64,000 nucleotides of DNA from Octopus sinensis. Lineage: Eukaryota. The position numbers and the translations under genes were made by a program. Positions within the stretch are counted from its first letter, which is position 1. Each line of letters begins with the position of its first letter. The stretch is taken from assembly GCF_006345805.1 (NCBI RefSeq), contig NC_043007.1, positions 50,282,001 through 50,346,000 of the forward strand, given 5' to 3'. Positions 10,443 through 22,945 of this stretch are shown in pieces. A model generated the notes under the pieces. It was not told where the DNA came from. It did not search any database and saw only the letters and a list, made by a program, of their open reading frames with translations.

Positions 10443-12200
10443 ACCGTGAGAGTTGTGTCGATCACTTCAACGTATTTGGTGTTCCACACCACTACAGTGA
10501 TGTCGTTGGCATGTGCTGACACATATCTCCAACATCCTAGTTCGCGCGGGACCAACTTGTGTAGTAATGGCTCAAGAATCAATACAGACAAAAGAGATGA
10601 AAAGGGACATTATTGACGGACTGAACTAATGATGTTAAAGGGTTCCATAATTCACTCTAACCACAGAGCAGATGTAGCTGTGCAATGCAGCGATCCAGCC
10701 CCTAAAAACGGGCTCGAAGCCGGCTGCCTTGAGGGCTACCGTCAGGTAACGATGGTTGAACCCATCGAAAGTTTTCGGTTGATCTAAGTTGATCGGGGTC
10801 CGACCCGTGCCAGGTTCCTTAGCCATTCTCTCTATGATGTATTGCAATAGGCTGAGGCTGTCGTCAATAAAATTTGATTGGGAAGGGGTATGTCTACGCC
10901 TCTCCCACTTGAGCACCGACGAGAGGTGCCAACCTCGTCGGTCAAAGTTTTAAATTCTGCATGTTTCAGAATTGTGGGTCTAAAATTATCGATATTTTCC
11001 TCTGTTTTTTGTTTGTCCTTTCTCAGCAGCCTCACAGCTCCATGGCTCATAGAACTGCGAATTTTCCCATTATGCTGCCAGTTGCTGTAGACGTCTGCCA
11101 AGAAGTTACCGAACAAATCTGGCATATAAAAGTAAAGCTTGTAGAGTAGACCATCTAACCAGGCGAATTGCCCTTCGTGCATCCAGTCATCGAAAGTGCA
11201 GGATGTTCCAAGAAAGGTCTCACGATGTCTGAAGAACTCAGACCGTACTTCCTTGTCAGTCACTACCCTGAAAGGATAACCTTTGCTGATGGTCACGTCC
11301 AACGCCATCAACTTACTCCTGGGTCCAAGAAGATGGTACTTATCACGAAATCGAAGCCTTTCTGAAACAACACAGTGACTCTGCCTTCAAATCCTGGCCG
11401 GCTTCTAGATGTCCTCACGTCGTAGCCGCTGAAACTGGGTGCGAAAATTCGTGCCTCGGAAATTCTGCTCTCATTGATGGCCGCCATTTCTATATTCAGT
11501 GAACTGGGGAGTCGTTGGGCAGGTGGCCCTGCTTCCGGGATGACTTCAGGTTACATGCATTTATTCTGAGTATATCCTGAGTAAGGGCCATGTTGACTAC
11601 AGTGGGAAAAAGTGGGAAAGACTACTTACCTTAGTCTTTTAGAGGAAGGACAGTTGCTCCACTCTTCTGACCAGTTATGGGTTCTTTCACAAGAATGTCT
11701 GTTTATTTTCTTTTTTATTTTCTGTTTATTTTCTGTTTGCTGGTTTGCTGGGGGCAGACAGCCTTCAGGTGCTGAGGGCAGAAAACATTAGCGCACTACA
11801 TGTATGGTTATTTGGCCTTCTGCCCTCTACAGTGACGAGGAGGTATGTGCCGTCCACATAGTCTATTATGTCAGGGATAGCTTCAATGCCATCTTGGTAT
11901 GTTTGGACAAGAAGTTTTGTCCCAGACTCTGATCAATTTTAAGTTTTTATTTCCTTTTTTTCAAGGATTTCTGGGTTGTCCTCAAAGTCCACTAACTTGC
12001 GAATTGCTATTGTAAGCGGCACCTAGATTACTTTTACTTTTTAAGAATTTTTGATCACATTATGGTGGTAGCCGAGTGAGCTCTTTACTCCTGAGTGGTA
12101 TGAAAGAGTGGCGTTTCGCTTCCTCTAGCACATTAAACAATACGTCCACCGTCTCAAATCTTTGATTGTGGTGTGGTAGTGCAGTGAAATATAGTGTTAG
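10443..12200 (-). mobile_element. Degenerate, internally deleted L1/Tx1-like LINE (ORF1 knuckle, APE N-half, RT N-half)
   Basis: ORF1-like VTVEGRRP..C (~11750-11900); APE-like INACNL...AINESR...GRVTVLF...FRVV; RT-like LDGLLY, NFRPTILK, INLDQPKTFDGFNH, WIAALH and LEPLLHKL..SAHANDITV (decayed YADD). Confidence 0.88.
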
Positions 12201-12971
12201 GAAACAATAGTTGTAGGTAATGGTGAGGGTAGAACTGTAGAATCAGGATAATGTTAAATAAATAGGAGTGGCAGCGACGGTAGAGGAATCTCAGAATCAA
12301 TAGAGCGTCGAAAAAAGAAATGAATTGCTATATTGAGCTACATCACTTTATGTTTTTAGTTCAAATCTAGCTCTTGTCAATTTTGTCTTATTAACAGGTC
12401 TCGAAACGAAAGGTAATAGTCAACTACTGCAGCTGATTTCATCGACTGATACTTGTTCCTATATTCGCAGCCCTCTTGGCAAATTTATAAATCTTCATTA
12501 TTACCATAGTTATTTATTTCTTTATTTGCTTATTTATTTATTATACTTGGTGTATCTGAGGCAAAGGTCAGAATGAAGTCGTCCATACATGCTGTCATGT
12601 TTAAATATGTTCTTGACATGATTTCAAACAAGCAATGTAATGTCTTTCCATGCATCATCTGGACGTTGTCACAGGAAGCTAAATATCGATTACTTAGATG
12701 GCGTGGTAATCAGAGAAAGAGAGAGAGAGAGGGGGGAAGAAAGAGAGAGCTCATATTTCACGTCTAACTTACTTACAATATCAACAGAAACACAAAACAC
12801 AACATTGTTTAAAACACTAAACTGGAACTCTGAACTACTTTTTGACAATTTCACTTATGTCAATTCCTTATCCACATACCAACCCACCTCTTTCTCCTCT
12901 TCTCACCTTCTTTCTATGTATGTATTTATCTCTCTCACATGACCTCTCCTCTCCTTTCTCCTTTTCTTTGC

Positions 12972-13053
<82 letters not shown>

Positions 13054-13634
13054 CGTGTGTACGTGTGTGTGTGCATACTTTTTCACTAAATTCTCTATTT
13101 CTCACCCTCACTCTCTCTCACCATCTCCTCTCTCTCCTTCTCTTGCTGCTCTCTGTCTGTTTCTCTTTCTCTCTGTCTCGATGTATATATATATAATATA
13201 TATATATATATATACACATGCACTCACACATATCTGTTTGCACGTACATACATGCACACACACACAAGTAGTCTGTCTCACCTTCCATTTGTTAAAATTT
13301 TCTCTTTCCGTTTGCTCTTCATGTTTCAGTGAACCACTTTTGTTGACACTGAACATTTACATGTGTTAGTATACTTCACTTGCTCTCATTCTCCCGATCT
13401 CTCACTCCTCTATAATTTTTTCTCTTTATATCTCTTCTGATCATCTCTTTCACTTTATACACACACAGACTCACACATATATACTTGCGCATAAATGCAA
13501 AGTAAAAAGATTAGGAATTTAAATCAACTTAATCTTTTAAATATAAACATGATTAACAGAAAACGCTTTTAAAACAGAACTATACTTGCACACTATTCTT
13601 TCACGCATACAGAATAAATTTTCAACAAGCTTGG

Positions 13635-13830
13635 CCAAAATGGTGGTGAATTGGTAGAGTTGTTAGATTGTCGGATGAATTGCTTTGCCGTATTTACTCC
13701 GGTCCCTTGCGTTCTGAGTTCAAATCGTACCAAAGTTAATCTACCTTCAATCCATCCGAAGTTGATAAACAAATACCATTTTAGAGCGGCGAACTGGCAA
13801 AAACGGGTGAGCGATAAAAACATTCTGAGA
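13635..13830 (+). mobile_element. SINE family S2 (tRNA head + Meta-like central domain), two heads in tandem
   Basis: ttctgagttcaaat B-box and accttcaatccatccgaagttgataaa central motif shared with other S2 copies. The MetaSINE resemblance is from recall. Confidence 0.7.
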
Positions 13831-14565
13831 TCAAATCCTTCTGTGGATTATTGGGATGACTGACTTAATTTGTCACACGTTTTAACATCACAACTTGAAT
13901 TGTAAGCATTCGGGCCAAACCTCTAGATTGAGCACATCCTCCCTCCCACGGGAACTGCTCTTTCGACATGAGGAAATTGATGAAAACTGTATACTTGTCA
14001 TTTGATAAAATCTGTCTCAAATCCCTTTAATATAAATTGGTTCCTCACAGGAACGGTTCTTAACATAATTCACTGAAATGTCTACTGTGCTCGAGCGAGA
14101 AATACTTATCCGCTTTTAGGACAACTCTGCCATCCTTGCTACTAAAAGGATCATCAACAATCCCTCTGCCACACGCACACACAAATACACCTCACACACA
14201 CAAACACACACACACACACACACCCATGCTGAAAAGGAGATGGTGTTAGAATTGTACTATTTTGACTGTCCGTCATCATTCTTTTCAATGTTAAACTACC
14301 AGTTTAGACATTGTCAATGATTGTTATATTATTCTCAGTGTCATAAATTGCTGATCTCTTTCTATCCTTATACTAAAATATCATCAATTTAGATCTTTTA
14401 TAACTTTATAGAGTCCTCGATATTAGACATTTCAATATCTGAGTGATGTCTTGATTATTAGAGCTTTGTATTAAGACTTCCTTGTAATTTTGTTTTATAT
14501 GAAAGTGTGTGCGTGTACGTGCGTTTGTGTGTATGTGTGTGTGATTGCCTGTCTGTTTGTGCGTA

Positions 14566-14618
<53 letters not shown>

Positions 14619-15369
14619 TGTGCATGCGTTCATGTGTGTCTGCTTTACTCAAGGCGTGTTCTAAATGCTTCTGTGTGGTTTTCATTTCGCCAAATTTTAG
14701 AAATTCACAGCTCAGCAAGCTTAGTAGATAAAATGTTCTTTCTCCTCTTTTCATCTCTCTACCCATTTCTCTCTCCCATGAATTTTCACCTCGCTCTTTC
14801 ACTTTTATAGCAATTTCTTTTTAATGAAGTATTCTTTATGAACTGATAGAGCTAGCAATGCATTGATATTTTGTTATTTTATAATAGACAGTTTGTTTAT
14901 AAATCTTCTCCATAATTTAAAAAACTTCTTATGAATTTTAATTTTTTTTCTTTGGGTACATTTAATTTTAGCTCACAGTTATGCAATGCAATATATTCAT
15001 TATTCCCCTCGTTTAGTCATCTCCCGTCGTCACCCTATCACTGCTAAATGCTTTTTCTCCATAAACATTTTCCAGCAATCTTTAAATATGATGTTGTTAC
15101 AACCACTTTACTTTAATCCAAAGGTGGGCAGCATTAAACTTTGAGTAAAAATGTTTGCTATTTTAAGGGACAGCGTGGGAGATTGGTTGGGGGGAAGGAA
15201 GAGTAATGTGGAAACAAAAGGATTTTTTTTTGTTTCTGGGCTAGTCTGTCATGGTTCAGTGGTTTTGGGGACTGGTCTTAAAGGTCAGAATGGTGTGAGT
15301 GTATGTGTCTCTGTGCCGTCTCTATGTGTATGAGTATATACATGTATTTGTGTTTTATATTTGATAGGA

Positions 15370-15390
15370 TGGTGTGTGTGCATGTGTGCA

Positions 15391-15425
<35 letters not shown>

Positions 15426-16130
15426 TTAGTATTTGTCAGGGTGTTGTGTGTGCGCATGTGTGCGGATGTGTTTGTTCGCTTTTGTGTATGTGTGCGTTTG
15501 TATGCGTGTGTATGTTTGTGTGTTTTGCGTTGGTGTGGATGTTGTGTGTGTCCGTGAGTGTGTGTGTCTCTGTCTGTGTATGTATGCGTTGTTATAATTG
15601 TCCTGGTGGTGTGTATGTATGCGTGTGATTAGTATTTGTCAGGGTGTTGTGTGTGCACATGTGTGTATATGTGTTTGTTCGCGTGTGTGTATGTGAGAGT
15701 CTGTGTGTGTGCTTGTGTATGCTTGAGTGTTTTGTGTGTGTACGTGACTGTCTGTGTACATGAGTGTGTGTGTACGTGAGTGTGTGTACGTGAGTGTGTA
15801 TGTATGTGAGTGTGTGTGTCTCTCTGTGTATGTTTGTGTTGTTATAATTGTCATGGTGGTGATGTGTGTGTGAACAGCCTATGTGTGTGAGGGTGCATAT
15901 GTATGTGTGTGGGAGTGTGTTGTATTTACCAGTTGTTCTGTGTGTGTCCGGGTGTGTTGGATTTATCTGGGTGGTGTGTATATGTGTGCGTGTACGTTCT
16001 GTGCATGTTGGTACTGAGTATGCGTTTGTGTGTGTATGTGTGCACATGTGTGTGTATACGTGTGGGTGTTTGTGTGAGTGTGTCTAGTATTTGTGGGGAG
16101 GTGTGTCATTGTGTGTGTGCATGCTTGTGT
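15370..16130. repeat. Degenerate TG-rich tract with duplicated sub-blocks
   Basis: gtgtgattagtatttgtcagggtgttgtgtgtgc occurs at ~15421 and ~15624. gttgttataattgtc.tggtggtg occurs twice. Confidence 0.85.
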
Positions 16131-17197
16131 ATATATATATATATATATATATGTATACATATACATATATACACATATACACATGAATACATACATACAC
16201 CCCACCACATATATATATGATATTTTTAATGTATATATATATGTGGTATTTTTTATACCTTCTTATATCCTTTCAGATTTTTTCCTTGTGTGGGTAATTT
16301 TTATATAAATATATTTTTGCAAAGTTTTTAATTTAGAGTAACTGATATAGAAAGTATTTATTTTTGGTCCTTTAATCTTTGGTTTTGATTCAATAGAAAA
16401 TGGGTACCCCTACTGGGATGATATCTGAATTAAATAATAGATTCATCGTTGAATAGTTTTTGCATGATCACCTTAGCATTATGCTTGGAAGAAGCATTAT
16501 GAGGTTTCTCTTATATATAAAAGCACTCGACTAATATGGCTTAGGCTGATATATCTATCGTTCTTCTCTTACTTGATTCTTAAATCCTTTTCTACATTTT
16601 AATATTTTAATAAAGTTTAGATACATATCGTTTCCCGTACTTTTAATTCCCACACTTAGATCTAATTGTGACCAGTTTTGCCTTCCATTTTAGGCCCCTA
16701 TTATTTATAATCATAATATGTTAAGTCGCCCCTGTCCTTCTTTCTGGTTATCACCTCTTCTCTATATATCATTATCTTACTAGCAACTTCTGAGACATAT
16801 TCATTTATATAGATATGGCTGGTTTTATGGTCCCAGTAATTTAGGGGGAGGGGAGTGTATCTGAAATTAATTAATCTATCACCACCAAGAACTTAACTGT
16901 CAATTCCTAATGGGTTTAATTCTAAGGGGTTGTGGACTACATGCTGCATTGAGTCTTTTGAATGAGATAAGGATAAAGATGAATGTTGCTATATCACCAT
17001 CTCTCTTTCCTCACCCCCATTATTTTCTTCTGCCAGTCTAAATCATAGTAGACTTTAAGTATTTTTCCCCTAAATTCATTCTGCCACAAAAATTAGCAAA
17101 GAGAAGCAATGTAATAAATTTAGTCTCTAATACTGATGAGAAAGTTGCTAAAAAATTATAATGGTATATCCTTACGTTGGGAATCTATATAGTCATC

Positions 17198-17284
17198 TGC
17201 TTCCGATGAGAGCGGATTATTTCAAATTGATGTAATGTTTTCATTAGTCGATTAAATGGAGCAGCTTGAAACGGCCGTAACGCA
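17198..17284 (+). ncRNA. Type-I hammerhead-like motif, CCGAUGA core, long loop II
   Basis: ugcuu CCGAUGA gagc [50 nt] gcuu GAAA CGGCCG UA acgca. Confidence 0.6.
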
Positions 17285-17544
17285 CTGATACCTAGACATC
17301 TTTGTTATTTATATGATATATACATATCTTTGCGTGAGTATGTGTGTGTACGAGTGTGAGTATGAGTGTATATGTGTGTGTGTGTATGTGTGTGTGTGTA
17401 TGCACGCACGTGCGCGATCCATTTTCGATCATGGTGGCTTTATTACAAATATTTTCTAATAAATTTAAAACAATAAACAAAAATTTTAAATGCTATTCTT
17501 ATTATGATACCAATGAGTATCATTCTCATATAGTATAACGAGTA

Positions 17545-17587
<43 letters not shown>

Positions 17588-18184
17588 ACTTGCAATTTAC
17601 TGGCGATCACCATATATATTAAGAGAGTGAAGGTACTAAAGAAATGGTAACTGAAACAAACAAAAAAAAACGATAGACGCTATATTGAAGAAAGGATTCA
17701 TCAACACCACAATTTATAGCACTCGTCCACTATTTTAAGCACAAAATAGCACTTTCTGACATTCAGTGCATAAAATGGTAGTAGATGATCATTTCAATTT
17801 TGTCAGGCAATCTAAATAAATAAGTTTTCCTAATGTGGAATGGATAATTCTAACTGAACACGAATTATTTGTTTTTCATAAATCAATTTTCAAAGTTATA
17901 AAAAGTAAGTAATGATACAGATAATGTAATGTAACAGAATACATTTAGGTTATCGATGGAATTTGATCCATAGGCCAAGGATTATATTTCCAGGTTACAT
18001 ACGAAAATATTGATTTAACCACACCCAAACAATAAAACAAAACTTGGTGGTTACAAAGAGAAATGCAGGCTTTTACGACCGAATGACACATACTCATATC
18101 CATACAAAGACACGCATAGTTATGTAAATACGATATACTATTATGAAGAAGCAGTAACAAATATATGAAATAACAACAATGTCA

Positions 18185-18380
18185 ATAACCCTTTCTAATT
18201 TTAGCACAAGACCAAAAGCGTCGGTAAAAATGCTACTTTGCATTTTGTTCGAACCTCTAACGTTTCTGCCAAAAGGCGAAAAGTAAAGTTAACCTCAGTG
18301 GTATTTGAACACAGACGGAAAAGCCAGATGAAATATCGCTAAGTATTTTGCCCATTGTGTTAACGATTGTGCCAACTCTC
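18185..18380 (-). mobile_element. SINE S2 copy
   Basis: Reverse match to the S2 head and central domain. Confidence 0.7.
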
Positions 18381-18383
18381 TGC

Positions 18384-18539
<156 letters not shown>

Positions 18540-19008
18540 AACCCGAAGGCATCATCGAAAAGGATAATGTAAAGATCCTATAGAATTTTATTACCATGAG
18601 ATAGAGAATAGAAAGCCAGACATAGTGTTAATTGAGAAAGAAAGCAAACAATGCTGGATCATAGATATATCATGCCCAGCTGACAACAAGGTATGCGATA
18701 AGGAAGAAAGAAAAGTCTATAGATATGACAGGTTAGCCTGAGAGGTTAAGCAGTTGTGGTCGCTGAAAAAGGTGGTAGTAGTACCAATAATTGTCGGAGC
18801 CCTGGGAACAATGAATAAAAATCTTGAGAAATACATGGAACAAATAGGAGCTGCAATAAAGGTGGAACACTTGCAGAAAACAGAACTACTTGGAACCACT
18901 CGAATACTCCGAAAGGTGCTAGAAAAACAAGAGGTGTTACCTTAAGTTCACTGGTAGTGAACAGCTGACACCGTAGTACATCTCCAGCGTTAGAAGCTGT
19001 GCAAAGGC
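18540..19008 (+). mobile_element. R4/Dong-clade LINE 3' fragment (RLE domain + 3' UTR)
   Basis: RKPDIVLIEK..CWIIDISCPAD..KE..K.YRYDRLA.EVKQLW..KVVVVPIIVGALG...LQKTELLGTTRILRKVLE. Flanked by (AAT)n on both sides. Confidence 0.92.
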
Positions 19009-19089
<81 letters not shown>

Positions 19090-19094
19090 AAGAA

Positions 19095-19126
<32 letters not shown>

Positions 19127-19295
19127 AGAGGAAGAAGAAGAGAAGAAGAAGAAGAAGAAGAAGAAGAAGAGAAGAAGAAGAAGAAGAAGAAGAAGAAGAA
19201 GAAGAGAAGAAGAAGAGAAGAAGAAGAGAAGAAGAAGAAGAAGAAGAGAAGAAGAAGAAGAAGAAGAAGAAGAAGAAGAAGAAGAAGAAGAAGAG
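19009..19295. repeat. (AAT)n followed by interrupted (GAA)n
   Basis: Read directly. Confidence 0.98.
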
Positions 19296-19581
19296 GTAGC
19301 GGGTCCTGTGGAAATTCCACAGTTCAAGTCATCATATTTGAGAACATTATTAGTATATCAAACACAAGTAAGGCATTTGAAGAACTTTTCAACTGCCACC
19401 GTTTAATCAAAACTGTACACTCAAATATAATCGAAATGATCTTACAAGTTATTGCTTCTTTTAATATGTTTGACAGATATGATAGGTTTCATAGTTTAAT
19501 GGAATAAAGATGAATTGAAATGATAAAACTTAGTCATATAGAACTTAGTCATATATATATATATATATATATATATATGAC

Positions 19582-20276
19582 TTGGTGCGGTGGAGTATGT
19601 ACTCTCTCGAAGCTCCGTGTACTCTAATATACCTCAGAGTCATGGACAGGCGAGCTAACTCACCTTCAATCCCATCATCTACGATTAATGGACATCGATG
19701 TATCGCCATTGTTGTGGCTTGTCAACTTTACGCACCCGACATTATCGGAGGCGAATGACCTAGCTAGTCCACGACTAATATGTTCATGGCATGCAAAACC
19801 ATGTACAGGTATGCTCGGCAAGTGCATACATAATAATGAATTCAAATATGGAATAGTAGCAGCTCTATTATAATAAATTTCATTAGCCGCATATACTTAA
19901 CATATACTTCGTGTATTTTCCGGTGGCCTGCTAAATGGCGTGGCAGAGTATACACTCTTTTAACGCGCCAAGTGTTAAAACACCTCAGTCATGGACAGGC
20001 AAGATAGGAGTGATGAACATCGATGTTTCGCTGTTTTGTAACACCCGGCTCTTTGAGAGAGTATATACTCCACCACACCAGAACCAGCCTGCCGGCAAAT
20101 ACACGAAGCATATACGTTAAAGATATGTGGCCAATGAAATCTATTATACTAAATATATTCTTACGTATGCACTTCTCAAGCATACCTCTACATGTTTTTG
20201 CATGTCATTAGCAAATAAGTCGTGAACTAGCAAAGACATTCGCTTCTGATCTTGTCGGGTACGTGCTATTGACAAG
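19582..20276. repeat. Rearranged repeat with direct (period ~351) and inverted (~200-bp arm) components
   Basis: Order A-B-C-D-A'-B'-C'-rc(A)-rc(D). D 19721-19930 pairs with 20085-20276, and A 19582-19612 pairs with 20051-20081. Confidence 0.85.
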
Positions 20277-21568
20277 TATACAGGATATTATATAAAGGTC
20301 TCCGATCGCTGCGTTACTAGTATTCCACGTCAATCCTCATCCCAAACTAATGATTTAAAAGACATTTTATATATCAAATAGCTTTTGTTGTCATATACTA
20401 CAATTTTGGTGATCATGTTCGAAGCAGACCCACACTCAGATATATGACAAAGAGCACGAACCTCAGCAACATCACGGCAAGCAACATTATGAAACACATG
20501 TTCACATGCGCTGCCAACGACATGACAAATTACGTGATTAGCTTTAAAGCAGGAGTACTTACGGATGGTTGTCAAAACACAAAACAATCAAACGTGACGA
20601 AAACTTAATGCAAAACCACATGTTGGTTGACGTTTTTCAAAAGATTTGGTGTCCGGGCAATTGACTATTCAACTGATCAATCGCACAACCAATTCAAAAG
20701 AATCCAACATTTTCACCAAGCCGAATACCGTTGTCTAACGTTAACCGTACCGGTATTCTGGTTGTAAGAAATAACGCGTTTCCAGACACCGTTGAATAAA
20801 AACTTACGCACACATATGTATACAGGAATAAACGGACATATACGTGTGTGTATGTGTGTGTGTGTTTGTGCGTGTAAGCGTAAAGATCTTCTCTGTAATA
20901 AAATATGGGATTATACTCGCAGACATTGATAGCTCAGCCGGAGTATCAATCTCAGTGCAGTTTAAAATTCATAAAATTTTCATCTCTTCAGACTTCAATT
21001 TACTTTGCTGCAATGTACAAAGAATGCAGCTTATAATCACATAGAAAATGCACCATATTTTATATATAGTAAGGTTAATTTGCATATGTTAATTACCAAA
21101 ACTAACACAGCATGAAAACAAACCGAAGCATATCATATTTTTAATAACATCGAATATTGATGTCAATTTAAAGCATGTACACTCACATCAGCAATGTAAA
21201 GTATGCATACACACGCACGCACACACAGAGTAACACATATATACATACATACACAGAGTAACATACATACATACACACACATATATGTAGATAATATATT
21301 ATAATCATATATATGTTTAGCCGTATATGCATATCACACACACAGACATATACATATGTATGTACACATATATTCTGTATGTTTGTATATTATATTCACA
21401 CACGTCACATAATACACCTAGTGTACATAAGTATATTAAACATGGAGTTTCAATTCTGCCTACTCAATATTACAACTTTCCTGCTGGGTTGATATGTATA
21501 TATGTGTGTATGTATCTATATATATATGCAGCTGTATGATAAATATGCATATGTATATGAATATATAC

Positions 21569-21615
<47 letters not shown>

Positions 21616-22261
21616 ATATATATATATGCAGATGTATGATAATTATGTATATGTATATGAATATATAGTGTATATATAATAAAAGCAATTAAGATTCAAG
21701 TGAGTTCTATTGAATTCACATGAATGCGGTACTTAACTTAGATGCGCCAGAAATCTATATGGTATTAACCATAAAATAATGTGGGGTGATTATAAACTAG
21801 AAAAAAGCAACAAGAATCGATTAGTTTTTTCAGTACAACTGTTTCATACGAAGAACAGCTTTATTAAAATTTGCAAATATTGCAGCAACACATACAAGTG
21901 TCCCGTACTCATCAGCCAAAACACATATGAGTTCTCCAAACATCCTAGGGGGTGAGGCTACACTCATGAAGTATCGAAGATAGTTCTATAAAAAGCAAAT
22001 TTAGATTGTAAGCAGACTTCCAAAGTTCTCTAATGATGCATAGTCTTATAACAGGTTTTAAAAAAGCTTGTTAGCTTCACAGAAAAGGTAAATCCATCCA
22101 TAATAATGTAGGTGTAATTTCCGGAGATATGAGGAGATATTTCATACTCACAGACGATGAATCTATCCATAATTAATCCATAATAAGGTGGGTATAATTT
22201 CCTGATATATGATAAGATACTGGTCACACTTCTGTTGATTTCACAAAACTACTATGTTAGA

Positions 22262-22945
22262 CCATCGGCCGAGTATACCTGTGGGGCCAGCCAAAAGAAG
22301 CATTTCACCCAGACTGCCTTCTTCCAACTGTTAAACATGGAGGAGGATCTGTGATGATCTGGGGCGGGGCTATATCTTGGAAATCCGCCAGCCCAATGGT
22401 TTCCCTTCATGGCAGAATTAATAGTCAAGACTATTTAAGCATTTTATCAGATCAAATTCATCCTATGGTTGCGGAACTGTTTCCGGAGGGAAACGCAATC
22501 TTTCAGGATGATAATTCACATAGCTAAAGTTGTTACTTAATGGCACGAGGAACATTCTAGTGGAGTTGAACATCTTATCTGGCCATCACAGTCCCCAGAT
22601 CTCAATATCATTGAACATTTATGGTGCAATTTAGAAAAACAAGTAAGGAGTCGATATCCTCCACCATCATCACTACAAGAACTGGAGACTGTTTTAGCTG
22701 AAGAATGAACAAAAGTTCCTTTGGAAACAATTCAAAATTTGTACGAGTCCATATCTCGGAGAATTCAAGCTGTAATTGCTGCCAAAGGCCAATGGTGTGT
22801 GTGAGCGTGCGCGTCTGTGTCTGCGTGTGTGTGAGCGCATGTGTGTATGCGTGTGTGTGTACGTGCGTGCTTGTGTGTATGTATATGCGTGTGTTGCTGG
22901 ATCGCCATCGTTACTAATTTTGCCCACTAAAGACCCCATATTAAA
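22262..22945 (+). pseudogene. Tc1-family DD34E transposase relic (C-terminal half)
   Basis: PTVKHGGGSVMIWG, IFQDDN, WPSQSPDLNIIEHLW, RRIQAVIAAKG, then PY* after an insertion. Confidence 0.95.

Noticed and set aside
16300-16900. Degenerate GIY-YIG (YIRETS...DH) on the minus strand
   Set aside because: Too many stops and too little motif context to support a call.
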